A stretch of DNA of 64,000 nt from contig CAVQIG010000025.1 of NCBI GenBank assembly GCA_963712515.1, forward strand, positions 3,620 through 67,619, given 5' to 3'. Under the pieces are notes generated by a model that had not been told where the DNA came from, ran no database searches, and saw only the letters and a program-made list of their open reading frames with translations. Shown piece after piece: positions 1-11,759 of the stretch. The number at the start of each line of letters is the position of its first letter. Positions within the stretch are counted from its first letter, which is position 1. Origin of the DNA: an uncultured delta proteobacterium (lineage in GTDB: Bacteria > Desulfobacterota > Binatia > JACPRU01). The position numbers and the translations under genes are program-made.

Positions 1-380
1 GTCTCTTGATAGGCGCGCACGACTTCCCGCAGCTCTTCAGGGTCGAGTTGCTCGGAGAGCGCGGTGGAACCAACCAGGTCACAGAACATCACGGTCAGCT
101 GGCGGCGCTCGGCTTCCGGAGGATGTGACTCCGCAGGTGGAGTCGGGGGCTGAGGAGAAGACAGGCGGGGCGAGGCTGTAGCTGTCTCTTTGTTCCCAAT
201 CCAGACGAAGACTTTCCCGTCTTCATCCGCGGCGAGGCGCTGTGCATCGATCAGTTCCGCTTTGAGATCTTCGAGCGACTCATCATCAAGGTCGAACTCC
301 CGTTTCAGCGCCCGATACGAGACGCGTTCTCGGCGTCGCAGAAATTCAATGGCTCGATCGACCAGCTCCGAGAACTTCAT
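1..380 (-). CDS. class III adenylate/guanylate cyclase-domain protein, N-terminal part (gene runs off the left edge)
   Basis: Own translation of the minus strand from ATG 380-378 gives [60 protein letters not shown]...[35 protein letters not shown]. The last block is the usual start of a class III cyclase catalytic domain and is paralogous to QVTVLFADVAGFTSL..DPEEL in the 3854-7001 gene. It is absent from the ORF track because it has no stop inside the window. Confidence 0.6.
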   Translation of the reverse strand, partial: MKFSELVDRAIEFLRRRERVSYRALKREFDLDDESLEDLKAELIDAQRLAADEDGKVFVWIGNKETATASPRLSSPQPPTPPAESHPPEAERRQLTVMFCDLVGSTALSEQLDPEELREVVRAYQE

Positions 381-862
381 CGTAATCGCTCCCTCTTTAT
401 ACGCAGCCCGGCGCACGCAGGGGTTCTTCAAACAGCCACCCGACTTGCGGATCGAGCGTTTTTTGCTTTTCCTGCTGAGGGGTCATAGGAGGTGGAGAGG
501 GCTCTCAGGCGCCCGCTCAAGGTAGCGCCCTGGCCTCAGCACGCGATAGCCCCTCGGGGTAGCGTTGCGCAAACGGCAGCCGGTTTCGATGAAGATCCTC
601 CGCGGCGGTTTTCGAAGTCGAGGCGCCTGGACTCGGAAACCCGCATGGAATGCGGCTTCCCGCGGTTCAGACGAGGACGGTCGCGCGGACGAAGGTACCG
701 CGAGCGAGCGCAGAGGCGCGGCGCAGCGCGAGCTTCGACGACTCGTCCGCGGCGGTCGCCGTCAATTGTGCCGCTCGGAATCGTGGCGAACGGTCTAGGG
801 CTCCATCGCTTACACGGCGCCGGTGTCGCGCCGCCAGCGGTCGACCGGCCCCAGACCGCAGG

Positions 863-1276
863 TCAGGCTGTCGGTAGTCGCGCGAATCCCGCGGCGACGA
901 AGTCGGCGTCGAACGCAAAGGCCTCGGTCAGGGCCATGGACCTCATCAGCGCGAACGATGTGCAGTCCGTGAATGAGAACACCTGGTCGGCGTGGCGGAC
1001 GAAGACCTCCCAGGCCGTTCGGCGCAAGTCCTCGTCGATGTCGACGATGCGACACCAGCGAGTGCGGAACAGTCGCTCGCCAAAGCCGACCGCCGTCGCA
1101 TGGCCGACGCGCACCCGGATCAGCGTGATCGCCTCGTCGACGACGTAGGTCGAGGTGACCAAGGAGCGCCCTCTCTTTGCCAGTCCGCGCACAAATCGCC
1201 TGGCGGCTCGGTGGTTTCGATCGTCGGCGTCCACGAGCGCGACGAACGCTCCGGTGTCCGCAAAGACCTCGCTCAA
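863..1276 (-). CDS. vapC: PIN-domain ribonuclease toxin (VapC family)
   Basis: 137-aa ORF with the PIN layout of acidic residues (FADTGAFVALVDADD, VVDEA, SFTDCTSF..FAFDADF). It has a 4-nt overlap with the upstream antitoxin ORF. Confidence 0.85.
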   Translation of the reverse strand: MSEVFADTGAFVALVDADDRNHRAARRFVRGLAKRGRSLVTSTYVVDEAITLIRVRVGHATAVGFGERLFRTRWCRIVDIDEDLRRTAWEVFVRHADQVFSFTDCTSFALMRSMALTEAFAFDADFVAAGFARLPTA

Positions 1277-1536
1277 CGGCGCCTCCTCGGCGCGCCGTAA
1301 AGATGATGGTCGACGTTCTCCGACAGATCACCGCGGCCGCTCCGGCCGAGCCCGATCATGCTCCAGAACGGATCCCGGTCGATTTCAGAGCTCGGCGTCT
1401 CGCCCCCAAGCTCGCGATCGAGCGCTGCACGGATGATCTCCGCTTCCGCCCGCCGCCTCCGGGCCGCCTCCTGCTTGAGCCGTCGATCCTGTGCGCGTGT
1501 CAAGTAGACCTGCTTACGAACCATCGCCGACTTCAT
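1273..1536 (-). CDS. ribbon-helix-helix antitoxin (VapB/CopG-like)
   Basis: 87 aa read from ATG 1536, an internal Met of track ORF 1273-1797. MKSAMVRKQVYLTRAQDRRLKQEAARRRRAEAEIIRAALDREL is RHH-like. The stop overlaps the vapC start. The upstream part of the track ORF is Arg/Gly-rich non-coding-like text. Confidence 0.7.
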   Translation of the reverse strand: MKSAMVRKQVYLTRAQDRRLKQEAARRRRAEAEIIRAALDRELGGETPSSEIDRDPFWSMIGLGRSGRGDLSENVDHHLYGAPRRRR

Positions 1537-1872
1537 ACGATGTATATACATCGGTGTAAACGAGGACGCAATCCATTCACCCTCGTCCCGTCCGGACGGG
1601 CGAGCGCGGGGAGCGGCATGGTTCCGATCACCTCGTGGCGTCGGCGTTCGCCTCCGCCCGGCGCAACGCCATTCCGCTCCCCTCTTGCGAGACGCGCACC
1701 ACGTCCCAGCCATAGAATTCCCATAACCGCCCCTCCCCCAGCGGTTTCGCTCAACAAGCCCTATCAAAAAGGCTCGCGGGTCACTCCGGGTTGACACCTG
1801 CGCTCCGAGGCGCGAGCCTTTCCGATAGGGCTCTCTGCGTTACGTCAACTCAGCTGAGGTCCTACCGCCGAT

Positions 1873-2574
1873 TCAAGGCCATGTACCAAGCAGCGGATCG
1901 TCGTCCTCGGTGACGATCCTTTCGAGGCGCCGCACGGCTTCGGCCTTGAGCTGTCGCTTGACGACGGCGAAGGCCGGTGCCGCTGCGAGAGAGGCCGCCC
2001 GCGCGACCGCTACGTCGCGCAGCCGCTCGGGCTCGACGACCTCGTCGAGGAAGGCGGCCGCCGAAGGCGCGGTCGGCCCGAACACCTTGCCGCTCAAGCA
2101 GAGACTTCGCGCCGCGCAGTGATCGAGCTCGGCGAGCACCACCGTCATCGGTCCCGCGGGAAACGGGATCCCCGCCGTGACCTCCGTGAGACCGAGGTGA
2201 TAGTCTCCGGCGGCAGCTACCCGAAAATCACAGGCGAGCGCGAGGACCAGGCCGCCGCCGAGCGCGTGGCCACCGACCGCTGCGACGGTCGGCTTGTCGA
2301 GGCCGTAGAGCGCGAGGATCGTTCGGTTGATGCCACGAACCATATCTCGGAGGGTGGTCGCATCGTAGTGAGGAACGGCCTTGACGTCGATGCCCGCGGA
2401 GAAGATTCCCTTTCCGCCCGTCACCACCACGCCGCGGCAGGTGCGGGCCGCCGCCGCTTCGACCACTGCTTCGCCGAGCGCCCGCACGAGCGCGAGGTCG
2501 ATCGCATTGACGGGTGGACGGGTGAGGGAGAGCACGCGGATCCCGTCTTGGTCGGATGATTCGACGAGTGGCAT
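1873..2574 (-). CDS. enoyl-CoA hydratase/isomerase (crotonase) family protein
   Basis: 233 aa with crotonase signatures VLSLTRPPVNAID, VVVTGGKGIFSAGIDVK and GGHALGGGLVLALACDFRVA. Confidence 0.85.
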   Translation of the reverse strand: MPLVESSDQDGIRVLSLTRPPVNAIDLALVRALGEAVVEAAAARTCRGVVVTGGKGIFSAGIDVKAVPHYDATTLRDMVRGINRTILALYGLDKPTVAAVGGHALGGGLVLALACDFRVAAAGDYHLGLTEVTAGIPFPAGPMTVVLAELDHCAARSLCLSGKVFGPTAPSAAAFLDEVVEPERLRDVAVARAASLAAAPAFAVVKRQLKAEAVRRLERIVTEDDDPLLGTWP

Positions 2575-2610
2575 GCAAGCGCCCTTCTGACGGGCGGTGA
2601 CCGACGGGCG

Positions 2611-3204
2611 CTAGGCGGCCATGTTGTGCAGTTCGCGCAGCAACTCGTCGTTGCTGGGGATCGGACGAACCCGCAACGTCTCGAGATCGCCATAAGCGCC
2701 CGCGAGCGCGTATCGAACCACACCCTGCTTGTCGACGATGAAGAAGCCCATGTCATCGTCGTAGAGATCGGTCAGGATTTCGCCCGCGGAGACCTTCACC
2801 TCACCGAAGTCGTTCGGCGGTGGCTCCAACTTGGAGGTCCGCAGGAAGAGGCGCGCGTACCACGCGGGCCCATGTCGGCGGTCGCCGAGCATCCACTGAC
2901 GGCGCACGCGATAGTCGGGATCGCAGAGGTACGGAAACGGGATGTTGAACTTCTGGGCGTAGAGCCGAGCCCGCTTCACCGAGGACAGTGTGATCTCGAG
3001 CACCTCCGCGCCGAGCTGCTGGAACTCGCGATAGGCGCGCGCGAGCTGCGACATGTGCGAGCGACAGAACGGGCACGCCATGCCCTTGGTGAACCAAACG
3101 ACGACGTTTCTCTTCCCGCGGAAGTCCTCGATGGCGATTTCCGGCCCCTGCGCCGACGGCAAACGGAACGCCGGCGCCGGTTGCCCGACGACGAGGCCGC
3201 TCAT
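2611..3204 (-). CDS. AhpC/TSA (redoxin) family thioredoxin-fold protein with CPFC motif
   Basis: 197 aa from ATG 3204 (the distal part of track ORF 2611-3981). Contains QPAPAFRLPSAQG..FRGKRNVVVWFTKGMACPFCRSHMSQL, followed by a long C-terminal extension. Confidence 0.8.
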   Translation of the reverse strand: MSGLVVGQPAPAFRLPSAQGPEIAIEDFRGKRNVVVWFTKGMACPFCRSHMSQLARAYREFQQLGAEVLEITLSSVKRARLYAQKFNIPFPYLCDPDYRVRRQWMLGDRRHGPAWYARLFLRTSKLEPPPNDFGEVKVSAGEILTDLYDDDMGFFIVDKQGVVRYALAGAYGDLETLRVRPIPSNDELLRELHNMAA

Positions 3205-3829
3205 GAGGCGCCCGCGCGGGCGTCCGGCGCGTCGCTCCCAGGCGTTTCGCACTTCGCGACCTCGCGAAGGATCTCCTCGTTGCTCGGGAGCTGCCGGTCC
3301 TTGGCGCCGTGGATGTACGAGCCCGCGAGCGAGTACCGGACCACGCCCTCGCTTGTCGACGATGAAGAAGCCCATGTCGTCGTCGTTGAGGAGGTTTCGC
3401 ATCTCGTCGAGCGGCGGAAGGAAGTCGCCGAAGTCGTTCGGTGGCTTTTCGGCCGTCGCGCCATGGATCAAGCCGCGAACGTAGTGACCGAGGCCGTGCT
3501 CGCGCCGACCGAGACCCCACTGACGGCGCACCAGATAGTCCGGGTCACAGAGGTAGGGAAACGGTAGCTTGAACTTCTTCGCGTAGACCTGCGCCCGGGA
3601 GACCCCGGAGATCGACACCTGCAGGATCTCGGCGTCGAGCTTCTGCAGGTCACCGTAGGCCCGGGACAGCTGCGACATCTGCGCGCGGCAGAACATGCAG
3701 GCCATCCCCTTGGTGAACCAGACGATGACGTTCTTCTTGCCGCGGAAATCCTCCAGGCCGATCTCCGCGCCCTGCGCCGACGGCAATCGCAACGACGGCG
3801 CCGGCTGTCCAACGGCGATTGTCTGACAT
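3201..3829 (-). pseudogene. paralogous redoxin-family gene, two apparent +1 frame breaks
   Basis: Carries the same motifs as 2611-3204 (QPAPSLRLPSAQG..FRGKKNVIVWFTKGMACMFCRAQMSQL). ATG 3829, preceded by GAGGGA, is out of frame with QTIAVGQPAP. At about 3350, DDDMGFFIVDK continues in another frame as GVVRYSLAGSYIHGAKDRQLPSNEEILREV (track ORF 3201-3464). The span is 629 nt, which is 2 mod 3. The stop overlaps the downstream start (ATGA). Confidence 0.65.
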
Positions 3830-3853
3830 CGGCGTATCCCTCGCTGATCCTTG

Positions 3854-6800
3854 TTAGCAGAGAAACGGCAGCACGAGAAAACTATCGCTCGTCCACCCCG
3901 CGCCTTCCTGCACCGCGCGGCTGCGGGCAAGCCAGCGCTCGGCCTCCTCCTCGTCTTCCGCTTCGATCGCCAAGGTCGCAAGACCGTCGTAGCAGGGAAA
4001 GAGCAGCTGCGGCTCGCCGAGCGCCTCGGCCAACGCGAGCGCTTCGCGGTAGCGCTCGGCGCTGCGCGCGTAGTCGCCGCGGCATTGGTAAATCTGCGCG
4101 AGGATGATCATCGGAATCGGCAGGTGGCTGTGCTGGCCGAGGCGCCGGTCGACCTCGATCGCCGCTTCGGCCGCCTTCACTCCTTCGTCGTAGTCGCCAG
4201 CCAGCGTGCAGTGGCCGCCGGCGAGCGCGCAGTAGAGCCAGGACTGCTGCAGCTGGTCGCCGATCCGCTGCGCGAGCGCGAGCCCCTCGCGACAGTAGCT
4301 CGCGGAGCGCTCGTGATCGAGGCTCGTGAACATCACCGCGAGGTTGGCGTACGCGCGGCACGCCACGGCCGACAAATCGTGCGCCAGCGCCGTCTCCAGG
4401 CTCTTCTGCACGGTCGCGGCGCCGCGCTCGAGCTCCCCGGCGCGCGCGAGGGCGACGCCGAGCGTGTTGTACGCGTGGGAGACCACGTCGGGCGCATCGA
4501 GCCGCTCGCCGAGCGCGAGCGCCTTCCCCGCCCACTCGGTCGCACGCTGGTTGTCGCCGAGCCGAAAGTGGATGCGCCCGAGCTCCTGATAGAGGCGCGC
4601 CGCCTCGAGGTTTTCGGCGGCGCCGTCGAGCACGGCGAGTCCGGCGTCGAGCTCGGCGAGCGCGAGCTCGGTCTGGCCCGCCGCCCAATGGGCGGCCGCG
4701 CACTTGCGTCGCAGATCGGCGATCCTTCGGCGGTCGTCGCTCTGGCGACACGCAAGCCAGTGCGGCCACCCAATGCTCGAGGGCCACGGCGATGATGCCG
4801 CGTGCGAACGCGACGTCACCGAGCCGGTCGAGCACGGTGGGTCGTTCACCCGCGAGCTCGGCATGCGCATCTACGAGCGCGAGCGCCTCGCGAAAGCTGC
4901 TCTCCGCGTCCTCGTAAGCGAAGAGACGCGCCGCGCGTGCGCCCGATCGCAGGACGTAGTCCAGCGCCTTCGCGCGCTCGCCGCTCTGACCGTAGTGACG
5001 AGCGAGGTCCTGCAGCACTTCCTCGGTGCGGTCGGCGTAGAGGCGCTCGAGCGCTCGACCGGCCTCGCCGTGCAGCTCCGCGCGCGCCTTGTGGAGCAGT
5101 CCCTGGTAGGCGACGTCGCGGATCAGGGACTGCGCGAACGACAGGCGGAGCTCGGGGAACAGCTCCTTCTCGTGAAGGAGCTCGAGCGCGACGAGCTCGG
5201 AGACTCCGCCTCGGGCGTCTTCACCCTCGGGCGTCATGGCCTCGAGCACCCGCAAGGGGAACTCCCGCCCCAGCACGGAAGCACACTGGAGGATGCGCTT
5301 CAGGGGCGCGCGCAGCCGATCGATTCGGGCGGTCAAGAGGTCGTGGATCGTCTCGGGTACGCCGCCCGCCCCTTCTTCGCGACCCCGCAGGTAGCCGGCG
5401 AGCTCCTCGACGAAATAAGGATTGCCCTCGGCTCGAGCGACGACCAAATCGCCGAGCGACCGCGCCTCCGGCAGCAGCGCCTCCACCATGCGCCTCGCTT
5501 CCGCCGGCGCGAGCGGCTCGAGCGCGAGGCGTTGATGGAAGCTCCGCTCCTGCCACGGCGGTGCGTAGCCCGGGCGGTAGGTGCAGAGAACGAGCACACG
5601 CCGGTCGGCGAGCGCGTCGATCAGCGACCGCAGCGCTTCTTCGGAGCTGCGATCGATCCACTGGAGATCCTCGACGAGAAGCAGCTGCGGGCGGTCGTCG
5701 GCCGCGCGAAACACCAGCGCCTTGATCGCCTCGAGCGTGCGGCGCTTGCGCTGCGCTTGGTCGAGGCCCTCGGTCTCCAGCTCGGGCGCCGGCAGCGCGA
5801 GCAGGAGCTTGCAGTACGGCACAGTCCACACGAGCCCCGGATCGAGCCGCGCCACCCCGCTCGCCACCTTCGCGACCTGATCGCTTTCCGCCTCGCCTTC
5901 CTCGAGTCCGAACCGCAAGCGCAGAACTTCCACGACGATCCGAAACGGCGCCGCCTCGCCGCGTGGAAGGCAATCGGCCTTGAGGAACCCGAACGACGTT
6001 CCTTCGAGGCGTCGGCGAAGCTCGTAGGCGAGCCGCGATTTCCCCGACCCCGCGTCGCCGACGAGGGACACGGCCTGCCCGCGCCCCGCACCCGCGCGCT
6101 CGCAGCAGTCGGCGAGAAACTCGAGCTCACCCTCGCGGCCGACGAGCGGGCTGAGCCCGCGCTCGACCGCTGCGTCGAAGCGCGTGCGCTGCGCGCGCGC
6201 GCCGTTCACGGCGAACGCGCGCACCGGACGGTCGATGCCCTTGACGATCAGCTCGCCGCGATCCTCGGTCACGAAATCGCGGTTCACCAGACGGTGCGTG
6301 GCTTCGCTGACCAGCACCCCTCCGGGCTGACCTGCCTGTTGCAGTCGGGCCGCGAGATTCACCGTCTCTCCCTGCGCCGTGTAGTCCATGCGCAGGTCGT
6401 CGCCGATCTTCCCGACCACCACGGGCCCGGTGTTGAGGCCGATGCGCAGGCCGAATTCCAAACCGCGCTCACGCCGAAGGTCGGCCGCATAGCCGACGAG
6501 CGCCTTCTGAATCGCCAGCGCGGCGGCGACGGCACGCGCGCCGTGATCCTCGTGGGCAATCGGCGCGCCGAAGAGGGCCATGACCCCGTCTCCCGTGAAC
6601 TGATTCACCGTGCCCTCGTAGCGGTGTACGGCCTCCATCACGCGCTGGAAGCACCCGTCCATGATCCCGTGCAGCTCCTCGGGATCCACCCGGGTCGACA
6701 AGGACGTGAATCCGGCGACGTCGGCGAAGAGAACCGTCACCTGCTTGCGCTCGCCCTCGACCGCACCCCGATTGGTGAGGATCTTCTCCACGAGGTGCCG

Positions 6801-7001
6801 TGGCGTGTACGATCCCGGTGAAGGAGAAGCGGGCTTGGCCGCGGCAGAGCCGGCCACGGACGCTCCGCACGCGTCGCAGAAGCGCGCGCCATCCGGCAGC
6901 TCCGCTCCACAGCTCGCGCACGCACGCGCCAGCGGGGACCCGCACCCCGCGCAGAACTTCGCCTGCGCTCGGTTTTCGTGGCTGCAAGAGGCGCAACGCA
7001 T
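3854..7001 (-). pseudogene. zinc-ribbon / class III adenylate cyclase / P-loop (STAND-like) ATPase / TPR protein, one apparent +1 break near 4750
   Basis: Track ORFs 3882-7001 and 3854-4870 join at about 4750. Domains seen are a double zinc ribbon (CASCSHEN..CAGCG, CASCGAEL..CDACG), a cyclase domain (QVTVLFADVAGFTSL, GDGVMALFGAP, RIGLNTGPVVVG), a Walker A (LVGDAGSGKSRL), a Walker B-like block (LLLVEDLQWID) and TPR-like C-terminal repeats. The span is 3148 nt, which is 1 mod 3. Confidence 0.8.
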
Positions 7002-7120
7002 GTGAAATTCTCAGAGTCCTTCGGGGCCGCCGATAGCCTAAATATTATAGCTCGCGCCGCCGGCGAGCTCTGCTCCGGCCGTGCGGACGAGCGGCCGGCC
7101 ACCGAGATCGCCCCGCCCTG

Positions 7121-8824
7121 TCATCTTCCGCCGGGCTCGCGCGATCGCTCGGCGCAGCGAGCCAAGGTGTGCTGGTCTGTCAGCAGTACGTTGTCGGAAC
7201 CGAGCACTTCGCCGAGGTGCGAGCGTACGACTCGCGCGTGCAGGTCGGGCTTGAGACCGCACAGCATCAAACGTCCCCCTTGGGCTTGAAACTGAAGGGC
7301 AAAGGTCGCCAGCGTCTCGGCCGCCGTTGCGTCGATCGCATGGGCGCGCTTCATCCGGATGATGATCGCCCGTGCGCCGTTGGCGGCGATCCGCGACAGG
7401 TGCTCCTCGAGCTCCTCGACCACCCCGAAGAAGAGATCGCCCTCGAGCCCGAGCAGCACGAGCGCGCTCGATCCCGTCTGCGCGTCGATCTCGATCTCCC
7501 GATACGTAGCGCGGCGCCGCTTCCACCATCTCCACCATCTGCAACTGGCCGATCCGGCGCACGAGCATCGCCAACGACATGACGACGCCCAGGTAGATCG
7601 CGTACTGGATCTCGAAGACGAGCGTCGAGATGTAGGTGATCACGAGAACGATGGCGTCGGCGCGACTCCACCTCCAGACGTAGCGCGCCGATTCGAGGTC
7701 GACCATCAACACCGCGATCCACATGATGATGGCGCCGAGGCACGCGCGTGGAACGTAGCGTGCTCCCGGTCCGAGGAGCAGCATGATTGCAAGGACCGTG
7801 ACACCGGAGATCACTCCCACCCAGCGGGTCTTGGATCCCATCTGCAAGTTGATCGCGCTGCGCGTCCAGCTGGCCGAGGTGGGCATGCAACCGAAGAACG
7901 CGCCCACCACGTTGCCAACGCCCTTCGCGGTGAGCTCTTGGTTCGCGTAGAACTTCACCTGCGCCTTGGCGGACAGCGCCTTGCCGATCGAGATCGCCTC
8001 GACCATGCCGAGGATGGCGATCGCGAAGCTCGCGGGCAGCACCTGGTGAACGCGCTCGAGCGAGAGCGGTGGGATGGTGATCGCCGGCAAGCCGCTCGGG
8101 ACCTCACCCGACGACCCGCACCGCGTGAGGGCCGTCCTCCCAGCCGAGCACCCACGCGCCCGCGGCCGTTGCCACGATGGCGATCATCGCGCCGGGGATG
8201 AGCGCGCGAGATCCGCGCGCACCCGAAGATGATCACCCAGGTCGTCGCCGCGATCGCGAGCGCCCTCGGATCCACGGATCCGAGGTGCGGCGCGAGATTC
8301 TCGAGCGTCTGGACGAGTCGCGGCGACGACTCGACCGGCAGGCCGAGCACGTTGCGGATCTGATCGGCGAAGATCAACGTGGCGGCGCCGAGCGTGAAGC
8401 CGACGAGCACGGCCTGAGAAACGTAGCGTCCGAAGACGCCGAGCTTCAGCACGCCGGCCGAGACCTGGATCAGGCCCATGAGCAGCGTGATCAGCAGCAT
8501 CATCGGCACCGCCTCGGCCGGGCCGGCCGAAAACGCGGCGACGAGCGCACCGATCACCAGCGCCGAGGTGTTGGTCGCGCCGGTGACGAGAAACGGAGAG
8601 CTGCGGATGAGCGCCGCCACGATCGTCGGCACGATCATCGCGTAGAGGCCATGCTCGGGAGGAACGTGCGCGATGAGCGCAAACGCGATCCCCTGGGGAA
8701 CGGCGAGGATCCCTGTCGTCACGCCCGCGAGGAGATCGCCCCGCAAGACCGCGGCGGAGCTTTCGGCCGCCGCCGCTTTCCCTGACACGATCCGCGGAGA
8801 TGCGCTGTCGGAGCCGGCCTCCAC
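7121..8824 (-). pseudogene. SulP-family anion permease with C-terminal STAS domain, three apparent +1 breaks
   Basis: Track pieces 7955-8824, 7038-8090 and 7121-7459, plus a bridging piece LIPGAMIAIVATAAGAWVLGWEDGPHAVRVVG, read as one SulP permease. Motifs include GVTTGILAVPQGIAFALIA and AKGVGNVVGAFFGCMPTSASWTRSA, followed by a STAS domain (LLGLEGDLFFGVVEELEEHL..IIIRMKRAHAIDATAAE). Breaks lie near 8204, 8105 and 7515. The span is 1704 nt (568 codons). Confidence 0.8.
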
Positions 8825-8831
8825 GAGCCGA

Positions 8832-11720
8832 TTATGAGGATGCGCCCGCCGCGGGCAACCGGTAGGCCTCGCGCGACGGCTTGAGCGGGCGAAGCAGCCA
8901 ATAGGGTCGTCGCGTGCCGTCGGGAGAGACGCGCGCGGCGGGGCGTGTGATCTCGAGCCAACGCCGGTACACGTCGTGCGCCTTTTCCACGTCGACCGAG
9001 ATGTCGCCGTACGAGTCTCCCGCCTCGGCGCGGCGCACGCGCACGGCTTGATGCCAGCAATGCATTCCCGAGATCGGATCGGGATGGACCGGGAACGTCA
9101 CGTTCTGATGGACTCCGGCGTCCGTCCACCAGATCCGCCGGGTATCGGCGTCGGCGCTCGCGTGCGGCTCGACGCCCGCCTTCCGCCGCAGCGTGAAGCG
9201 CCTACCCTCGCGTGTGAGCGCCACCGTGGCCATCATCTGCTTCTGTCCGTGCTCGTCGAGCTTCCAACGACCCATGTGGTGGCTGCACGCGACGACGCCG
9301 GGGCGGATTCCCTCCGTGACCCACGCCTTGACGACGAAGTAGCCGATCTCGGTCTCCACGCGAACGAGCTCGCCCGTGGCGACGCGCGAGCGGCGCGGCG
9401 TCTCGTGGATGAATCCAAAGCGGGTTCGTGTGCGCGATCTCGTCGAGCCACTTGGCGTTGGCGCTACGCGTATGGATCTGCACGGGCAGCCGAAACGTCG
9501 GAACCAGCGCCATCTGCCCCGGCTCGAGCCGCTCGGGATGAATGTGGCTGCGGATGTAGGTCGGCAGCGCGTACTCGGGCCATCCCCAGCGATCGAGCGT
9601 CGACGAATAGAATTCGAGCCGCCCGCTAGGGGTTGGAAATCCCCGCAGAATCTTGCCGTCGATCTCGACGCCGACGAGGCGCCTCCCGTCCGCGTCGGGA
9701 TCGGGGGTCGGCAGCGGCACGATGTTCGCGCTCGCCGGCTTCGCCGTCTTCGTGTAGACGCGGCCGAGCTCGTCGACGCGGACGTCGTCGAGCTCGCTCG
9801 CCGGGACTTCCTCCTCGTGCAGGGCGGCGATCTTCTTCTTGACTTCGAAGCTGCCGTAGCGGCGCATGTACTCGAGCGGCTTCAAGCCCTCCTTGGCGGC
9901 GCGCTCCGGCAGACCTGGAATCGAGCTCTCGAAGAGGAAGCCGTAGTACTCATCGACTCCGAGCTTCGTACCCGGTGTCTTCTTCGATTCGAAGTGGCGG
10001 CGAATGCCCAGCGTCCCGTCGGGGTCGATACGCCAGGAAAGCTCGATCCAGAATTCGTTCTCTTCCCAGACCTCACCGGGGTTCGTCTCCCGCGTGTCCG
10101 CAGGCGCCGGCTGTCCGAGCCGCTCACGCGCGGCGCGCAAGACCGGCTGGCGGAAGCCGAGCCACTGAGCATCGTGGGTCTCGTAAGAATGAACGTCGTG
10201 CCGCTCGGAGGCGAGGCCCATGGGCAGCACGTAGTCCGCGAAATACGCCGTTTCGCTCCAGGTCGGAGTGAGCGCCACGTGCAGGCCGACGAGCGCCTCG
10301 TCGCTGAGCGCCTCGATCCACGTGAAGCCATCGGGATTCGTCCACACCGGGTTGTAGACCCGCGAGAAGTACACGTCGAGCCGGCCGCGCCCATCCTTCA
10401 AGAGATGCGGCAGCAAGATCGACATCTCGTTCATCGCCAGCGGATATTCGGCCGGCCAGTTGAGGTCGTTCCAGACCTGCGGATGCGTGGGCACGTGGAT
10501 CGGGCGCGGCACGAACTTGTTGGCGACGTTCGGATGCGTCCCGCCCTCCGTGCCGATCGCGCCGAGTGAGCGCGTTCAGCAGAAACAGCGTGCGCGAGAC
10601 TTGCCAGCCGCCGAGATTGCCGGCCGCCGCGCTTCGCCAGCTGTGCGTCGCCAGGCGCGTGCGCGCACGCGAGACGACGTCGGCGAGCTCTCCGATCGTC
10701 TTCGCATCGACCCCGGATTCTTCGGCCGCGAACTCGAAGGTGTAGCTCTCGTAGAGTCGTGCGAGCTCGTGCTCGAAGCTCTCGAACGTCGGCTCTCGGT
10801 CGGGATGCTTCACGCGCATGTACTCGAGCCAGTTCCACCAGCGCCGCACGAACTCACGATCGTAGAGCCGGTTGGCGGATCAGATGGCCGGCGATCGCCA
10901 GGAGGATCGCGGGCTCGGTCCCCGGATACGGCGAGACCCAGTAGTCGGCGTGCGTGGCGGTATTCGAGAGACGCACGTCGAAGACGATGATCTTCGCCCC
11001 GCGCTTCTTCGCCTCGATGATCCGCTGCGCGTGGGGATTGAAGTAGTGTCCCGACTCGAGATGCGCGCTGATCAGCACGATGACGTCGGCGTTCGCGTAG
11101 TCCGGGCTCGGCCGGTCGAGCCCCATCCAATAGTGATAGCCGGCGCGTCCGCTCGAGGAGCAGATGTTGGTGTGAGAGTTGTGGCCGTCGATTCCCCATG
11201 CGGCGAGCACGCGCTCGGTGTAGCCGTCCTCGCCCGGCCGACCGACGTGATAGACGACCTCGTTGCGCCGGCCCTCCTGGATCGCGCGACGGATGCGCCC
11301 GGCGATGTCGTCGAGCGCCTCGTTCCACGAGACCTGCTGCCACTTCCCGTCGCCGCGCGCGCCGCTGCGCTTCAGAGGATGGAGGATGCGGTGCGGATCG
11401 TAGACCTGATTCAGCGTGGCCGGCCCCTTGGCACAGTTACGGCCGCGAGAGCCGGGATGCTCGGGATTGCCTTCGAACTTGCGAACCTCGAGGGTGTCCT
11501 TGTCGACGTACGCCAGTAAGCCGCAGGCCGACTCGCAGTTGAAGCACGTGGTCGGCACGAGCATGTAGCGGCGCTCGACGCGCCTCGGCCACGCCCGCGA
11601 ATCGAGCTCGACCCAATCGTCCCAGCGCTCTTTCGGGGGAAAAGCCGCGAGATCGATCGCGCTCGGCCCCGGATAGTACGTCTCGCCGCGAGCCTCGGTG
11701 GCGGGCTTTGCCGCCGACAC
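8832..11720 (-). pseudogene. molybdopterin (DMSO reductase family) oxidoreductase catalytic subunit, no recognisable Tat signal, three apparent +1 breaks
   Basis: Track pieces are 10854-11720, 10124-10849, 9202-10512 and 8832-9359. There is an N-terminal FeS motif TTCFNCESACGLLAY, plus MopB-like blocks NCAKGPA and ICSSSGRAGYHYWMG. Breaks lie near 10875, 10565 and 9410. The span is 2889 nt (963 codons). The first 60 aa have no RRxFLK motif followed by a hydrophobic region. Confidence 0.8.
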
Positions 11721-11759
11721 GCGCGAATTTCCCTTGGTCGGTCTCCAACGCTTCGCCTC

